Assembly: GCA_963765675.1 (NCBI GenBank)
Contig: CAVXXK010000001.1
Location: 1,344,001 to 1,408,000, forward strand
Length of the DNA stretch: 64,000 nucleotides
Reading direction: 5' to 3'
DNA from: an uncultured delta proteobacterium
Lineage (GTDB): Bacteria > Desulfobacterota > Binatia > Binatales > Binataceae
Under the pieces are notes generated by a model. That model saw nothing but the letters and a program-made list of their open reading frames with translations. It did not search any database and had not been told where the DNA came from. The translations under genes and the position numbers were made by a program. Positions 29,001-39,971 of this stretch are shown here, piece after piece (position 1 is the first letter of the stretch; every line of letters starts with the position of its first letter).

Positions 29001-30592
29001 TTCGTTACTCGACGCCTGGCGTCGGACTCATCTCGCCGCCTCCGCATCACGATATTTATTCGATCGAGGACCTGGCGCAGCTCATCCACGATCTGAAGAA
29101 CGCGAACAACCGCGCGCGCATCAGCGTCAAGCTCGTCGCAGAAGTCGGCGTCGGCACGATCGCCGCGGGAGTCGCCAAGGCCAAAGCCGACGTGGTACTG
29201 ATAAGCGGGTACGACGGCGGCACCGGCGCGTCTCCGCTGCAATCGATCAAGCATGCCGGCGTGCCGTGGGAGCTCGGACTTGCCGAGACCCAGCAAGTGC
29301 TCGTGATGAATGGTCTGCGCGGGCGCATCCGCGTTGAGACCGACGGCCAGTTGAAAACCGGACGCGACGTCGCGATCGCGGCGCTCTTGGGCGCAGAGGA
29401 ATTTGGCTTCGCGTCGGCGGCGCTGGTCGCCTCGGGCTGCATCATGATGCGCGTGTGTCACCTGAATACCTGTCCGGTCGGAATCGCGACCCAGGATCCG
29501 GAGCTACGCAAGAAGTTCGAAGGCAAGCCTGAGCACGTCGTCAACTTGATGATGTTTATCGCCGACGAATTGCGCGAGCACATGGCGTCGCTCGGCTTCC
29601 GCACCGTGGCCGAAATGGTCGGGCATGTTGAGTGCCTGGACACGAACGAAGCGATCGGCCATTGGAAGGCGCGCAACGTCGATCTGAGCAAGATTCTGCA
29701 CAAGCCCGATGTGGCGGCCGACGAGCCGCTACACGCGATCGAGTCGCAGGATCATGGACTCGACAAGGCGCTCGATAATCAGCTGATTGAACTGTCGCGC
29801 GACGCCCTCGAGCATCGCCGGCCGGTCGAGATTCATCTGCCGATTCGTAACGTCAATCGCACTGCGGCTGCGATGCTATCGGCTGAGGTCTCGCGTCGCT
29901 TCGGCGCGGAGGGGCTGCCTCCCTACACGATCCAGATTCACTTCAAAGGTTCCGCTGGCCAGAGTTTTGGCGGATGGCTCGCGCCGGGAATCGCGCTCTA
30001 TCTCGAAGGTGACGCGAACGATTATTGCGGCAAGGGGCTATCGGGCGGCTTCATGGCGGTGCGTCCGCCGCAGGAGGCTACCTTCAAGGCCGAGGAAAAT
30101 ATTCTGATCGGCAACACCGCACTCTACGGCGCAACCGGAGGCGAGGCATTCTTTCGCGGCGTAGCCGGCGAGCGTTTTGCGGTGCGTAACAGCGGCGCGC
30201 ACGCGGTCGTTGAAGGCGTAGGCGATCATGGATGCGAATACATGACGCGCGGACTGGTCGTCGTGCTGGGAAAGACAGGGCGCAACTTCGCGGCCGGAAT
30301 GTCGGGCGGCCTCGCCTACGTTCTGGATGAAGACGGCAGTTTCGCGCCGCGGTGCAACCTCGGGATGGTCGAGCTGGGCGCGGTCACCGACCCGGACGAT
30401 CTGAAGCAGTTGCACGCGCTCATCACGCGTCATCGCCAATACACCCAGAGCGCGGTCGCGGCGCGGATCCTGGCCGATTGGGATGCATACGCCGCCAAGT
30501 TCGTGAAGGTGCTGCCGACGGAGTATCGCATGGTGCTCGAACGCCAGCATCTGGGCCGCGGCAACGACATGGCGCGGCTCGCTGCGGTCTGA
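26036..30592 (+). CDS. gltB: Glutamate synthase large subunit
   Basis: [44 protein letters not shown]; 1518 aa. Confidence 0.98.
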   Translation: MHNRSSLPEREGLYDPAHEHDACGVGFVVNIKGERSHEIVAKALQVLDNLTHRGACGCDPTSGDGAGVLVQIPHEFLKHEAIKCGFDLPAPGKYGVGQVFLPLEANKRAACEAAFEKIVREEGQHVLGWRTVPVVPSACGEIARRGLPEVRQVFIGPGAGVADQEALERKLYVIRKRAFHAIESLGLAGQELFYFCSLSTLTIVYKGQLISHQIPKFYPDLLDPAFASALAMVHQRFSTNTFPSWDRAHPFRFLSHNGEINTLRGNENWMHARQMMFSSPLFGADITKLPPIVEPTQTDSAKFDNVLELLVRTGRPIAHAVMMMIPEAWQNDPLMSANKRAFYEFHASMMEPWDGPASIAFTDGVRIGAVLDRNGLRPSRYLVTKDGLVVMASETGVLDIPPEQVARKGRLQPGKMFLVDTALGRIVQDEEIKNGFAARQPYRAWLDENLIKLEELPAPPSAPAIAGFEGMDLLKQQQAFGYSIEDLKLILAPMAVNAQEPVGSMGTDTPLAVLSDKAPPLFNYFKQLFAQVTNPPIDPIREELVTSAETTIGSEQNLFEESPAHCRQLRLKTPIITNEELEQIKRLAEPGLRAITLPTLFRVCDGEAGLRSALDDLCAKASKAIADGFTIIVLSDRGVNSEFAALPSLLATAGVHHHLIREGTRTRCGIAVESGEPREAMHCCLLAGYGAGAINPYLAYATLAGMIEDGRLPDLDEDTAVHNFIKAATKSMIKVASKMGISTIQSYRGAQIFEAIGLCREVIDKYFTWTASRVGGVGLDTIARETSARHRHAFEMQPNLDGELDAGGFYQWRRRGEFHMYNPNTIAKLQHSVRSGNYRLFKEYSRLVDEQSRNLATLRSLLKFKFERPPVPIEEVEPATEIVKRFKTGAMSFGSIGKEAHENLAIAMNRLGGKSNTGEGGEDPARFEPDPNGDWRRSAIKQVASARFGVTSHYLVNADELQIKMAQGAKPGEGGQLPGHKVDDFIAKIRYSTPGVGLISPPPHHDIYSIEDLAQLIHDLKNANNRARISVKLVAEVGVGTIAAGVAKAKADVVLISGYDGGTGASPLQSIKHAGVPWELGLAETQQVLVMNGLRGRIRVETDGQLKTGRDVAIAALLGAEEFGFASAALVASGCIMMRVCHLNTCPVGIATQDPELRKKFEGKPEHVVNLMMFIADELREHMASLGFRTVAEMVGHVECLDTNEAIGHWKARNVDLSKILHKPDVAADEPLHAIESQDHGLDKALDNQLIELSRDALEHRRPVEIHLPIRNVNRTAAAMLSAEVSRRFGAEGLPPYTIQIHFKGSAGQSFGGWLAPGIALYLEGDANDYCGKGLSGGFMAVRPPQEATFKAEENILIGNTALYGATGGEAFFRGVAGERFAVRNSGAHAVVEGVGDHGCEYMTRGLVVVLGKTGRNFAAGMSGGLAYVLDEDGSFAPRCNLGMVELGAVTDPDDLKQLHALITRHRQYTQSAVAARILADWDAYAAKFVKVLPTEYRMVLERQHLGRGNDMARLAAV

Positions 30593-30645
30593 TTTCGCGC
30601 GAGCGGTTCACAGCCGAGCGCACCAGCGCAGGAGAATCGTTTTAG

Positions 30646-32091
30646 ATGGGAAAGATCACGGGCTTCATGGAGATCAAGCGCGAGACGCCGCACAAGCGTC
30701 CCGTCGCCGAACGCCTTAAAGATTGGCGCGAGTTTGATCTCAAAATGCCCGAGGATAAGCTCGCCCGCCAGGGCGCGCGCTGCATGGATTGCGGAATCCC
30801 CTTCTGCCACAAGGGCTGTCCGCTCGGCAACATCATTCCCGACTGGAACGATCTGATTTACCGCGGCAGGTGGCGCGACGCGATCGAGCGTCTGCACTCG
30901 ACCAATAATTTTCCCGAGTTCACCGGCCGCATTTGTCCCGCGCCATGCGAAGAGGCCTGTGTCCTCAACATCAACAACGATCCGGTCACAATCAAGTTGA
31001 TCGAGAAGAACATCGTCGATCATGCGTGGGCCGAAGGCTGGATCACGCCGCTGCCCGCCGCGCGCAAAACCGGCAAGCGCGTCGCCGTGGTCGGCTCTGG
31101 ACCGTCGGGGCTTGCCTGCGCGCAGCAACTCGCGCGGGCTGGCCATTCGGTTACACTTTACGAGCGCTCGGACCGGATCGGCGGACTGCTGATGTACGGA
31201 ATTCCGGATTTCAAACTCGAAAAACGCCACGTTCTGCGCCGCGTCGAGCAGATGCGCGCGGAGGGCGTCGAGTTCGTCACCAATTGCCGCGTCGGGATTG
31301 ATCTCCACGCCGACGAGCTGCGCGCAAAGCACGACGCGATCTGCCTGACGCTCGGCGCGACCAAGCCGCGCGATCTGCCGATGCCCGGCCGCGAGCTTGG
31401 CGGGATCCATTTCGCGATGGATTTTCTTCCGCAGCAGAACAAGCGCGGCTTCGGCGATACGATCGATCCGCGCGTCTCGATCACGGCGAAGGGCAAACGC
31501 GTCGTGATCCTTGGCGGCGGCGACACCGGCTCCGACTGCCTGGGAACCTCGAATCGGCAGGGCGCTCTCAGCGTCAGCCAGTTCGAGCTTCTGCCGATGC
31601 CGCCCGAGAGCCGCACCGCCGACATGCCGTGGCCGGACTGGCCGATGATCCTGCGCACCTCGAGCTCGCACGAGGAAGGCGTGCTTCGCGACTGGAGCAT
31701 CAACACGCGCTCGTTCAGCGGAACCGGCGGCCAGGTCAAAAAGCTTCACGGTGTGCGGCTCAATTGGAAGCGCGACGGCGGCCGCAACGTGATGGAGGAA
31801 ATCGCGGGCAGCGAATTCGATCTCGATTGCGATCTGGTCTTGCTGGCGCTCGGCTTCCTCGGCCCGGAACCGGAAGGGATTATCTCAGAGCTGGGATTGA
31901 AGCTCGATGCGCGCAGCAATATCGCAACCGAGAATTACGCCTCGAGCGTCCCCGGAGTCTTCGCGGCGGGCGACGCACGGCGCGGACAGTCGCTGGTGGT
32001 ATGGGCAATCTGGGAAGGCCGCGAATGCGCTCGCGCGTGCGACGCCTACCTGATGGGCGAGACGTTCCTGCCGACCAGCCCCGAACTGTAG
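30646..32091 (+). CDS. gltD: Glutamate synthase small subunit
   Basis: [47 protein letters not shown]. Confidence 0.97.
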   Translation: MGKITGFMEIKRETPHKRPVAERLKDWREFDLKMPEDKLARQGARCMDCGIPFCHKGCPLGNIIPDWNDLIYRGRWRDAIERLHSTNNFPEFTGRICPAPCEEACVLNINNDPVTIKLIEKNIVDHAWAEGWITPLPAARKTGKRVAVVGSGPSGLACAQQLARAGHSVTLYERSDRIGGLLMYGIPDFKLEKRHVLRRVEQMRAEGVEFVTNCRVGIDLHADELRAKHDAICLTLGATKPRDLPMPGRELGGIHFAMDFLPQQNKRGFGDTIDPRVSITAKGKRVVILGGGDTGSDCLGTSNRQGALSVSQFELLPMPPESRTADMPWPDWPMILRTSSSHEEGVLRDWSINTRSFSGTGGQVKKLHGVRLNWKRDGGRNVMEEIAGSEFDLDCDLVLLALGFLGPEPEGIISELGLKLDARSNIATENYASSVPGVFAAGDARRGQSLVVWAIWEGRECARACDAYLMGETFLPTSPEL

Positions 32092-32123
32092 CGCGGCGCG
32101 GGCGCTCCAGGAGCCTACGCGCG

Positions 32124-32729
32124 ATGATCAAACTTTACGACTATCTGCCGTCCGGCAATGCCTACAAGGTCCGCCTTCTGCTGACTCAGCTCGGCGTCCC
32201 TTTCGAGCGAATCGAACTCGACATCGTGAAGGGCGAGACTCGAACGCCGGAGTTTCTCGCCAAGTTTCCCAACGGGCGAATTCCCGCGGTCGAGTTTGAA
32301 GACGGACGCCGCCTGTTCGAATCCAACGCGATTCTCTGGTACTTGGCCGAGGGCACGCCGATGCTGCCCGCCCATCCCTTCGCACGCGCGCGAGGGCTCC
32401 AGTGGCTATTCTTCGAGCAATACAGTCACGAACCGTTCATCGCGGTCGCGCGATTTCTCGCGATGTATCCGCAGGCCCCCGACGAGCGCCGGGCGAGCCT
32501 CGCGCGAATCATGAAGCTCGGTTACGACGCACTCGGCGTCATGGAAGCGCATCTGAATTCGCGTGAGTGGTTCACGGACGGAAAATATTCGATCGCCGAT
32601 ATCGCTCTCTACGCGTACACGCACGTGGCGGGCGAGGGCGGCTACGACTTGTCCGCGTACCCGGCTATTCGTGCATGGCTCGCGCGGGTGAGCGCTCAGC
32701 CCAAGCACATCCCGATCACACGAGCGTGA
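32124..32729 (+). CDS. Glutathione S-transferase family protein
   Basis: SGNAYKVRL, PNGRIP, FESNAIL, SIADIALYAYTH; ATG 32124 after AGGAG. Confidence 0.9.
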   Translation: MIKLYDYLPSGNAYKVRLLLTQLGVPFERIELDIVKGETRTPEFLAKFPNGRIPAVEFEDGRRLFESNAILWYLAEGTPMLPAHPFARARGLQWLFFEQYSHEPFIAVARFLAMYPQAPDERRASLARIMKLGYDALGVMEAHLNSREWFTDGKYSIADIALYAYTHVAGEGGYDLSAYPAIRAWLARVSAQPKHIPITRA

Positions 32730-33345
32730 CGGCAACTAGCGCCGAAGGCCCATTGTTGTCGAGCTTCTTCATCACCCATTCGATTCGATCCTCACCCCAG
32801 AACGGCTCGCCCTCGACAATAAATGTAGGCACGCCGAATATGCTATCGCGATCGGCTTCTGCAAAGCACGCATCGAGGTCGCTGCGCGCGCCGCTATCGG
32901 CGTAACGCGCGAACTCGCTCGTGTCGAGACCGACCTCGTTAATCACGGCGCCAATCGCGCCCCGATCCTCGACGTCCAGCTCGGCCCGCCAGAAGCGCTC
33001 GAACACGCGGTCGGAGTATTCACGGAAGCGTCCTCCGCGTTCCGCGAACAATCCGCCATAGAAGGCGATGCGGCAACTGAAAATCTTTTTCGGCGGAAAA
33101 ATGACGAGTCCGCGCTCCTTCGCGATCCTCCGCGCGTCGATATACAGATACCGAACCTTGCGCCGATCTGCGTCGGCATTGTCGAGGTTGCCGTAGGTCT
33201 TCCGGATGTTGACGCCATAGGGAATGAAGCGCACGCGCACGCGATGCGACCGCTCGAGCGCATACGCCGGCGCCATCGCGAGGTACGTGAACGGACTCGT
33301 GTACGCGAAGTAAAACTTGATTTCGAGTTCGTCCGCCGCGTCCAC
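32716..33345 (-). CDS. DsbA-like / 2-hydroxychromene-2-carboxylate isomerase (kappa-GST) family
   Basis: FYFAYTSPFTYL and FGVPTFIVEGEPFWGEDRI. Confidence 0.85.
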   Translation of the reverse strand: MDAADELEIKFYFAYTSPFTYLAMAPAYALERSHRVRVRFIPYGVNIRKTYGNLDNADADRRKVRYLYIDARRIAKERGLVIFPPKKIFSCRIAFYGGLFAERGGRFREYSDRVFERFWRAELDVEDRGAIGAVINEVGLDTSEFARYADSGARSDLDACFAEADRDSIFGVPTFIVEGEPFWGEDRIEWVMKKLDNNGPSALVAVTLV

Positions 33346-33354
33346 AGGATTTCC

Positions 33355-33744
33355 TCAGCGCGCGAGCAATGATTCGTACTCCGCCGCGCGTGCTAGTTTG
33401 CGATCGAAGGTTGCCAAAGGGCATTTCAAGCGACGCGCGAGGAACAGATAGGAAGCATCATAAATCGTCAGTTCCGCTTCGAGGGCAACGTTCAAAATCT
33501 GTTGCGTGGAGACGCGAACGAGCCGGATCGGCAGGCGCAATGCGTCGTGCAGATTGTCGCGAATCGTTTGGTTCGCCGCGCTGCTGAGATTTAGTTTGTG
33601 CAAAGCGACGCTGGCGAGTTCATATCGGAGAATATCTGGCGCGAATAACGTCTGTCCCCTAAGCAGAGTCTCTGCCTCGGCGGCCCGCGGCTCGACGAAA
33701 AAACGCGCGGCGAGGACTGACGCGTCAACGACTCGCGCGCGCAT
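33355..33744 (-). CDS. vapC: PIN-domain (VapC-type) toxin
   Basis: VVDASV, YELAS, IYDASYL, LATFDRKL acidic PIN motifs. Confidence 0.88.
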   Translation of the reverse strand: MRARVVDASVLAARFFVEPRAAEAETLLRGQTLFAPDILRYELASVALHKLNLSSAANQTIRDNLHDALRLPIRLVRVSTQQILNVALEAELTIYDASYLFLARRLKCPLATFDRKLARAAEYESLLAR

Positions 33745-33955
33745 CGCGATCGCGACGGATGATGTCAGTCGCTTCGTCGGGAGTGCGCAGGCCCCTACGA
33801 TCCACGCGCTCGAGCGCTTCTTCGAGATCGAGAGTGGCTGCTTCGGTCTCGAGAATCGAGAGCAACTCACCTTGTAGCGATCTATGATTAGCCTTGGCGC
33901 GGGCGCGCAGGCGCCGGACCAACTTGCTGGGAACTTTTTTTATCGACAGATTCAC
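33725..33955 (-). CDS. Ribbon-helix-helix antitoxin (FitA/Arc-like)
   Basis: NLSIKKVP...LRARAKANHRSLQGEL; overlaps the toxin start. Confidence 0.85.
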   Translation of the reverse strand: MNLSIKKVPSKLVRRLRARAKANHRSLQGELLSILETEAATLDLEEALERVDRRGLRTPDEATDIIRRDRDARASR

Positions 33956-33999
33956 CAGTCACGAATGCTCCAAAATGGCTCCGTTACAGAACCATCGTA

Positions 34000-35283
34000 T
34001 CATGGCCGTTTTTCAGCCGCCATCACCATCGCGAGGAAGTCCGCCAGATGCATCACGCGCGTGTTCGAGCCGCGGCGGCGGAGTTCGGCGGCGATTTGGA
34101 ACTCGCAGCCCGGGTTCGCGAGGATGACGTAATCGGCGCCGGTCGCGGCGATGTTTTCCGCCTTTCGCTGCGCGAGCGCCCGCGCCATCGCGGGCTCGGT
34201 CAGGTTGTAGCTGCCGGCGCTGCCGCAACACATGTCGGATTCGGGAAGCTCGATTAGGTCGAGACCGGGAATCGAGCGCAACAGTCTACGGGGCGCTTCG
34301 CGCACGCCCATCCCGTGCGCCAGATGACATGCGTCGTGATAGGTGACGGTGCATCGGAACTCAGGCATCACGAATCGCTCACTCGCCAGCAGCAACGCGC
34401 TCAGGTCAGTGATTTTTTCTGCGATCGCGCGCGCCTCGCTGGCCAGTTCCGCATCATCCCTCAGCAGAAGTCCATACTCGGCGAGCGCGGTTGAGCATCC
34501 CGACGCGGCAGACACGATCGAATCCGCGGCGCTGCGGATGATCGCGCGCACGTTGGCGCGCGCGAATTCGAGAGCGCGCTCGCGATTGCCCGAATGAAGG
34601 TCCAGCGCGCCGCAGCATGCAGTATGTTCGAGATGTGCGACGCGATAACCCGCGGCCATCAGCAACCGCTCGGTGTTGATGTTCTCTGAATCAGCAAGTA
34701 CCTGCGTTACGCATCCCCGATGCACGAGCACCGTCGCCGCATCTGGCGGCGGCTCTGTGAGCGGTTGCGCCAGGATGGCGCCGGCCTGAGACTGCGTCGG
34801 GAGCAACTCCAGCCATCCGCGAATCGAGCGCGGCAGGATCGCTTCGAGCGCGGGGCGAAGCCCCAGAAATTCGAGTAGCCGGAGCGGCGCGAGAATCGTC
34901 CGGAGCCGCGTCGGGTAGGGAAAGATCGCGCCGATCATGCGGCGCTTGAATGCGTCGAGCGGGCTGCGGGAATAATTTGCTTCGACAAATGTTCGTGAGT
35001 CTTCGATTAGGCGGCCGTAATGCACTCCTGACGGGCACGCGGTTTCGCACCCGCGGCACCCGAGGCACAAGTCGAGATGCCGTGCCACGTCGGCGTCGAG
35101 TTCGAGGCGTCCTTCGGCCAGCGCCTTCATCAAGTAAATTCGTCCGCGTGGCGAGTCCATTTCCGAGCGCGAGATCGCGTAAGTTGGACACGCTTCCAGG
35201 CAGAGCCCGCAGTGGACGCAATCAAAGAGCAATTCGTAATCCACCACGTTGCGGACCGGTTGCGAGGGCGAATCGGATGCCAT
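34000..35283 (-). CDS. glcF: Glycolate oxidase iron-sulfur subunit
   Basis: CVHCGLCLEACP, CLGCRGCETACP, two CCG domains; third gene of operon. Confidence 0.9.
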   Translation of the reverse strand: MASDSPSQPVRNVVDYELLFDCVHCGLCLEACPTYAISRSEMDSPRGRIYLMKALAEGRLELDADVARHLDLCLGCRGCETACPSGVHYGRLIEDSRTFVEANYSRSPLDAFKRRMIGAIFPYPTRLRTILAPLRLLEFLGLRPALEAILPRSIRGWLELLPTQSQAGAILAQPLTEPPPDAATVLVHRGCVTQVLADSENINTERLLMAAGYRVAHLEHTACCGALDLHSGNRERALEFARANVRAIIRSAADSIVSAASGCSTALAEYGLLLRDDAELASEARAIAEKITDLSALLLASERFVMPEFRCTVTYHDACHLAHGMGVREAPRRLLRSIPGLDLIELPESDMCCGSAGSYNLTEPAMARALAQRKAENIAATGADYVILANPGCEFQIAAELRRRGSNTRVMHLADFLAMVMAAEKRP

Positions 35284-36542
35284 CAGATTCCCCCGACGAA
35301 GCATCCCGGGTTGAAAATTCCGGAAGTATCGAACGCAGCCTTCATCGCGCGCATCAGTTTGAGCGCGCCGTTGTTGGGAGAATCGAAATACTGGATTGCG
35401 GTGCGAATCTCCCGTGCCGCATGCAATACGCGGAGATGACCACGCGCGCCGCGTGCAAGCTCGCGCCATCGGAGAATCGTGGCGGATGCCGCATCCGCCG
35501 AGAGCGAGTTGCCCGGCATGATTTGCGCGATTCCCGAACCTGCATGTGCGCGAAACTCCGCGCCACAGTCGTCGAGCACTTGCGCCAATTCGGCCGGTGG
35601 CACCGCGATCTGTGCCGCCAGGTCGGCCGAGCCGAAATCGAAATCACGCAGCGCGCAGTACTTGCTCATAGCCTCGGCTCCGGCGAGAAGTTCGATCGAG
35701 CCGGCAAGGCTGCGCGCAGTAGTATCGCGCAGGTAATCCACTTCGGCGCGCGTTCCGGAAAATCCCACCCAAAGGAAACACCCCGGTGCCAAGCCGAGCG
35801 CCGCGCTGACTTGCGGGCTCGTGATTTCAAGATGTGCGAAGGGTGCCGCGTCGAGGAGTGCGCGTGCGGCGGCAAACGCGTTTGTGGCGTCTGGCAGCGG
35901 CGCGATTGCGAGAGTGTAGTTGCCCGCAATCGGCCGCACCTTGAATGCTACTTCCGTGATTATTCCCAGCGTGCCGAACGAGCCATTCATCAGCTTCATC
36001 AAATCATAGCCGGCGACGTTCTTGACCACCCGCCCGCCGCTGCGAATCGTATGGCCGCCGTGGCCGACGTATTGAATTCCGATCAACAAATCGCGCGCGG
36101 TCCCTTCCGACAGCCGAAGCGGACCGGCGTGATGCGCCGCGATCATCGCGCCGAGCGTCGTCGCCTCCGGATTTCGAGGATCGACGGGCAGGCGCTGTGC
36201 TGAGGGCGCGATCGCCGAGTTCAGAGAGGCGACGGATATTCCCGGCTCCGCTACGATCGTCATGTCGTGAGGCTCGTAGGCGATGATTCGCGCCATCCGT
36301 TCGAGCGAAAGTCCGATCGCGACGGGAGTGCGCCGAATCTCCGACAGCGTGCGCCCTGCGCCGATCGCCGCAACCGAAATCCGGTCGGCTTCGCACTTGC
36401 GGACGATCTCCGCGATCTCGGAGGTGTCGATTGGCTCTGCGATCACCGTCGCGGCGCCGGTCTCGATTCCGCGCGGTGCGCGAATACGATCGCTGCCGAC
36501 AAATGAGGCGAACTGGTTTGCGATCTTGGCGGTGTCCGTCAC
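35283..36542 (-). CDS. glcE: Glycolate oxidase FAD-binding subunit
   Basis: GGRVVKNVAGYDLMKL, GSFGTLG. Confidence 0.85.
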   Translation of the reverse strand: MTDTAKIANQFASFVGSDRIRAPRGIETGAATVIAEPIDTSEIAEIVRKCEADRISVAAIGAGRTLSEIRRTPVAIGLSLERMARIIAYEPHDMTIVAEPGISVASLNSAIAPSAQRLPVDPRNPEATTLGAMIAAHHAGPLRLSEGTARDLLIGIQYVGHGGHTIRSGGRVVKNVAGYDLMKLMNGSFGTLGIITEVAFKVRPIAGNYTLAIAPLPDATNAFAAARALLDAAPFAHLEITSPQVSAALGLAPGCFLWVGFSGTRAEVDYLRDTTARSLAGSIELLAGAEAMSKYCALRDFDFGSADLAAQIAVPPAELAQVLDDCGAEFRAHAGSGIAQIMPGNSLSADAASATILRWRELARGARGHLRVLHAAREIRTAIQYFDSPNNGALKLMRAMKAAFDTSGIFNPGCFVGGI

Positions 36543-36551
36543 GAGCGAGCG

Positions 36552-38006
36552 TCAGATCGGCACTTGGCGATGCGGCGCCGAGACCTCGACGCATGCGCCT
36601 GGACGCGGAATTACTTTGTTGGGGTTCGAACGCTCCTGCGGATCGAACACGTGACGCAGTTCCGTCATCGCGATCAGATCGTCGGGTGAAAAGAGCAGCG
36701 GCATCTCGCCCTGTTTCTCGACGCCGATTCCATGCTCGCCGGTCAGGCTTCCGCCCATCGCGACGCATGCGGCCAGAATCTCGCGGCCGGCGTCGATCGC
36801 GGCGCGCACCTGCGCGGGCTCGCGCTCGTCATAAAGAACTATCGGATGAATATTGCCGTCGCCGGCGTGGAATACGTTTCCGATCGCCAGGCCGTACTTT
36901 TTGCTCACGCCGCTTATTACTCGCAGGATTTCAGGCAACCGCGTGCGCGGCACGACGCCGTCTTGCGTGGCGTAGTTCGGCGCCAGGCGTCCGACTGCAC
37001 CGAACGCGCGCTTGCGCGCCTTCCACAGAGCTGCGCGCTCAGCGTCATCGCGCGCAAGGCGGACCTCGCTCGCACCCGCGTCACGCGCGATCGACGTTAC
37101 GGCCGCTGCGTGTTCGTCGAGGGCCGCCGCAAGACCGTCAAGCTCGATGATCAGCACGGCGCCCGCGTCGACCGGGAGCCCTATGTTAAACGCTTCCTCG
37201 ACCGCCCGAATGATGAGTTGATCCATCATCTCGATCGCGCCGGGCACGATTCCCGCCGCGATAATCGCGGAGACCGCGCGCGTTGCCGCGTCGGCGTCGG
37301 CGAAGGTTGCGAGGAACGTGCGATGCGCCTGGGGCTCGCGCATGATTCTAAGCGTCGCCCGCGTCACGATTCCTGCGGTGCCCTCGGCGCCCACCACCGC
37401 GCCGACCAAGTCGTAGCCGCATCCTTCTTCGCACGCTCCGCCCAACTCGACGATCTCTCCCGACGCGAGCACCAGCGTCAGGCCCAGCACGTGATTGGTG
37501 GTGACGCCATACTTGAGCGTATGCGGTCCGCCGGAGTTCTCTGCGATATTGCCGCCGATCGTGCACGCCTGCTGCGAGGAAGGGTCCGGCGCGTAGAAAA
37601 ATCCCGCGCTCTTGACCGCGTTAGTAACGTGCAGATTGACGACGCCGCTTTCGACTTCGACGCGGCGGCTCGCGAGATCGATCGCGAGGATCCGATTCAT
37701 CCGCGAGGTGCAGATCATCACCGGCGCTTCGACCGGCAGCGCTCCGCCTGAGAGCCCGGTCCCTGCTCCCCGCGGGACGAAAGCGATCTTGCGCCGCCAC
37801 AGCGAGGCCAGGATCGCGCTGGTTTCCTCGGTCGTGCGCGGCATCACGAGCAAATCCGGCGCGCTCTTTTCGATCGTCCATCCGTCGCACTCGTAAACCT
37901 TGAGCTCCGACGGGTGCGACACGATCGCGCGCTCGCCGACGATTGCGCGCAACTCGTCGATCACGTTCGGGGCCAGCGCCGGCGCGATTTTGCCGTTGTC
38001 GCTCAC
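36552..38006 (-). CDS. glcD: Glycolate oxidase subunit (FAD-linked oxidase)
   Basis: RGAGTGLSGGA, APDPSSQ, FHAGDGNIHP, GEHGIG. Confidence 0.92.
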   Translation of the reverse strand: MSDNGKIAPALAPNVIDELRAIVGERAIVSHPSELKVYECDGWTIEKSAPDLLVMPRTTEETSAILASLWRRKIAFVPRGAGTGLSGGALPVEAPVMICTSRMNRILAIDLASRRVEVESGVVNLHVTNAVKSAGFFYAPDPSSQQACTIGGNIAENSGGPHTLKYGVTTNHVLGLTLVLASGEIVELGGACEEGCGYDLVGAVVGAEGTAGIVTRATLRIMREPQAHRTFLATFADADAATRAVSAIIAAGIVPGAIEMMDQLIIRAVEEAFNIGLPVDAGAVLIIELDGLAAALDEHAAAVTSIARDAGASEVRLARDDAERAALWKARKRAFGAVGRLAPNYATQDGVVPRTRLPEILRVISGVSKKYGLAIGNVFHAGDGNIHPIVLYDEREPAQVRAAIDAGREILAACVAMGGSLTGEHGIGVEKQGEMPLLFSPDDLIAMTELRHVFDPQERSNPNKVIPRPGACVEVSAPHRQVPI

Positions 38007-38139
38007 GAGCGGAACTCTACCATATGATGATGAATCGCGTCGCCGGCGCCATTTTCCCGGCGTGCGCGCCGCGCGATAATGTTACGGCACAATATTGATC
38101 ATCGATGCGCCTCGCGCGCTTCACAACGGGGAAACCAAT

Positions 38140-39321
38140 TTGGCTGATTCATTCTCTGAACTGAAACCGTCTGCGCGGATCCTGCTCGGTCCCGGTCCGT
38201 CCAACGTGCATCCGCGCGTGATGAAGGCGATGATGTCGCCGGTCGTCGGCCATCTCGATCCGGATTTCATCGCGGTGATGGAAGACCTGAAGAAGCTCCT
38301 GCGCGCCGTGTTCCGCACCGCCAACGAGCTGACTTTTCCCGCCTCGGGCACGGGCTCGGCCGGAATGGAAATGATCATGGCCAACCTGATCGAGGACGGC
38401 GACGAGGTGATCGTCGGCGTCAACGGCGCCTTCGGCGGGCGGCTCGCTGATTCGGCCGAGCGCCTGGGCGCGAAGGTTATCAAGGCGGAAGCGGAATGGG
38501 GGCGTATCGTTGAGGCCGACGCGGTCGAGCGCGCACTCAAGAGCGCGAAGAAGCCCAAGCTGGTCGCGATCGTTCACGCGGAAACCTCGACCGGAGTGCA
38601 TCAGCCGCTCGAAGAAATTTCGGCGCTGGCGCATCGCCACGGCGCTCTGATGGTCGCCGACGCGGTGACCTCGCTCGCGTGCGTGCCGGTCGAGATCGAT
38701 AAATGGAAAATTGACGCCTGCTATAGCTGCACGCAAAAAGGGCTGAGCGCGCCGCCGGGCCTCGCGCCGGTTACCTTCAGCGCGACTGCGATGGACGCGA
38801 TCAAGGCGCGCAAGACAAAATGCAGATCGTGGTATCTGGATCTCGGGATGATCGCGAACTACTGGGGCGAAAGCCGCGTCTACCATCACACCGCGCCGAT
38901 CACGATGAACTACGCGCTGTACGAGGCGCTGCGCGTCGTCGTCGAAGAGGGACTCGAGGCGCGATGGCAGCGGCATCGCACGAACGCCGCTGCGCTGCAC
39001 GCCGGATTTGCCGCGATGGGCCTCGCGCTGGTCGCGCAGGAGGGACGCCGCCTGCCGCAACTCTCGACCGTCGCGGTGCCGGAAGGAATCGACGAGGCGA
39101 AAGTGCGCACCACTCTGCTCAAGCATTACAATATCGAGATCGCGGCCGGGCTCGGACCGTTTCGCGGCAAGGTCTGGCGGGTCGGGTTGATGGGCGAAAG
39201 CTGCAGGCGCGAGAATGTGACGCTGCTGCTGGGCGCGCTCGAGCAGGTGCTCACCGGGATGGGTGCCGAAGTTCCGCGCGGCCGCGCGCTCGAGGCGGCG
39301 GACGCGGTGTACGGAAAATAG
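38140..39321 (+). CDS. Alanine/serine--glyoxylate aminotransferase (class V)
   Basis: LLGPGPS, HAETSTG, SCTQKGL, YHHTAP; start probably TTG 38140 (track 38095). Confidence 0.9.
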   Translation: MADSFSELKPSARILLGPGPSNVHPRVMKAMMSPVVGHLDPDFIAVMEDLKKLLRAVFRTANELTFPASGTGSAGMEMIMANLIEDGDEVIVGVNGAFGGRLADSAERLGAKVIKAEAEWGRIVEADAVERALKSAKKPKLVAIVHAETSTGVHQPLEEISALAHRHGALMVADAVTSLACVPVEIDKWKIDACYSCTQKGLSAPPGLAPVTFSATAMDAIKARKTKCRSWYLDLGMIANYWGESRVYHHTAPITMNYALYEALRVVVEEGLEARWQRHRTNAAALHAGFAAMGLALVAQEGRRLPQLSTVAVPEGIDEAKVRTTLLKHYNIEIAAGLGPFRGKVWRVGLMGESCRRENVTLLLGALEQVLTGMGAEVPRGRALEAADAVYGK

Positions 39322-39360
39322 AATTCCAATTCCGATGAAAAACCGCACAGGAGACGTATC

Positions 39361-39969
39361 ATGAAGATCTACGATTTCAAGCTTGCGCCGAATCCGCGCC
39401 GGGTGCGGATTTTTCTCGCCGAAAAAGGCCTCAAGGTTCCGCTCGAGGAAATCGACATCATGAAGGGCGTCAACCGGCAGGCGCAGTTTCTCCGCATCAA
39501 CCCGCTCGGCGGAATTCCGGTCCTTGAACTCGACGACGGCCGCTACCTGGCGGAGAGCGTCGCGATCTGCCGCTACTTCGAGGAGCTGCATCCGGAGCCC
39601 GCGCTGTTCGGCAAGGAGGCGTTCGAGCGCGCGACGATCGAGATGTGGAATCGGCGGATGGAATTCGCGCTGTTCGTCCCGGTCGGGATGGTTTGGATTC
39701 ATCTGCATGAGCTGACCCGCGGACGCGTCAAGCAGATTCCGGAGGTCGGCCAGCAGCAGAAGGAAGTTGTCGAGATGCGCTACCGGTGGCTCGACGAGGA
39801 ATTCGGCCAGCGGCAGTTCATCGCCGGCGACAAGTTTACGATCGCCGACATCACTGCGATGGTCGCGATCGACTTTGCCAAGTTCAACAATATCTCGATC
39901 GCGCCCGAGTATAAGCATTTGCAGCGCTGGCACCAGGCGGTATCGGCGCGCCCGAGCGCGGCCGCATAG
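39361..39969 (+). CDS. Glutathione S-transferase family protein
   Basis: APNPRRVRIFLAEKG, ESVAICRY, TIADI. Confidence 0.92.
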   Translation: MKIYDFKLAPNPRRVRIFLAEKGLKVPLEEIDIMKGVNRQAQFLRINPLGGIPVLELDDGRYLAESVAICRYFEELHPEPALFGKEAFERATIEMWNRRMEFALFVPVGMVWIHLHELTRGRVKQIPEVGQQQKEVVEMRYRWLDEEFGQRQFIAGDKFTIADITAMVAIDFAKFNNISIAPEYKHLQRWHQAVSARPSAAA

Positions 39970-39971
39970 CG

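Noticed and set aside
31629-32123. N-terminal extension of the GST ORF
   Set aside because: Overlaps gltD out of frame; the true start is 32124 with an RBS.
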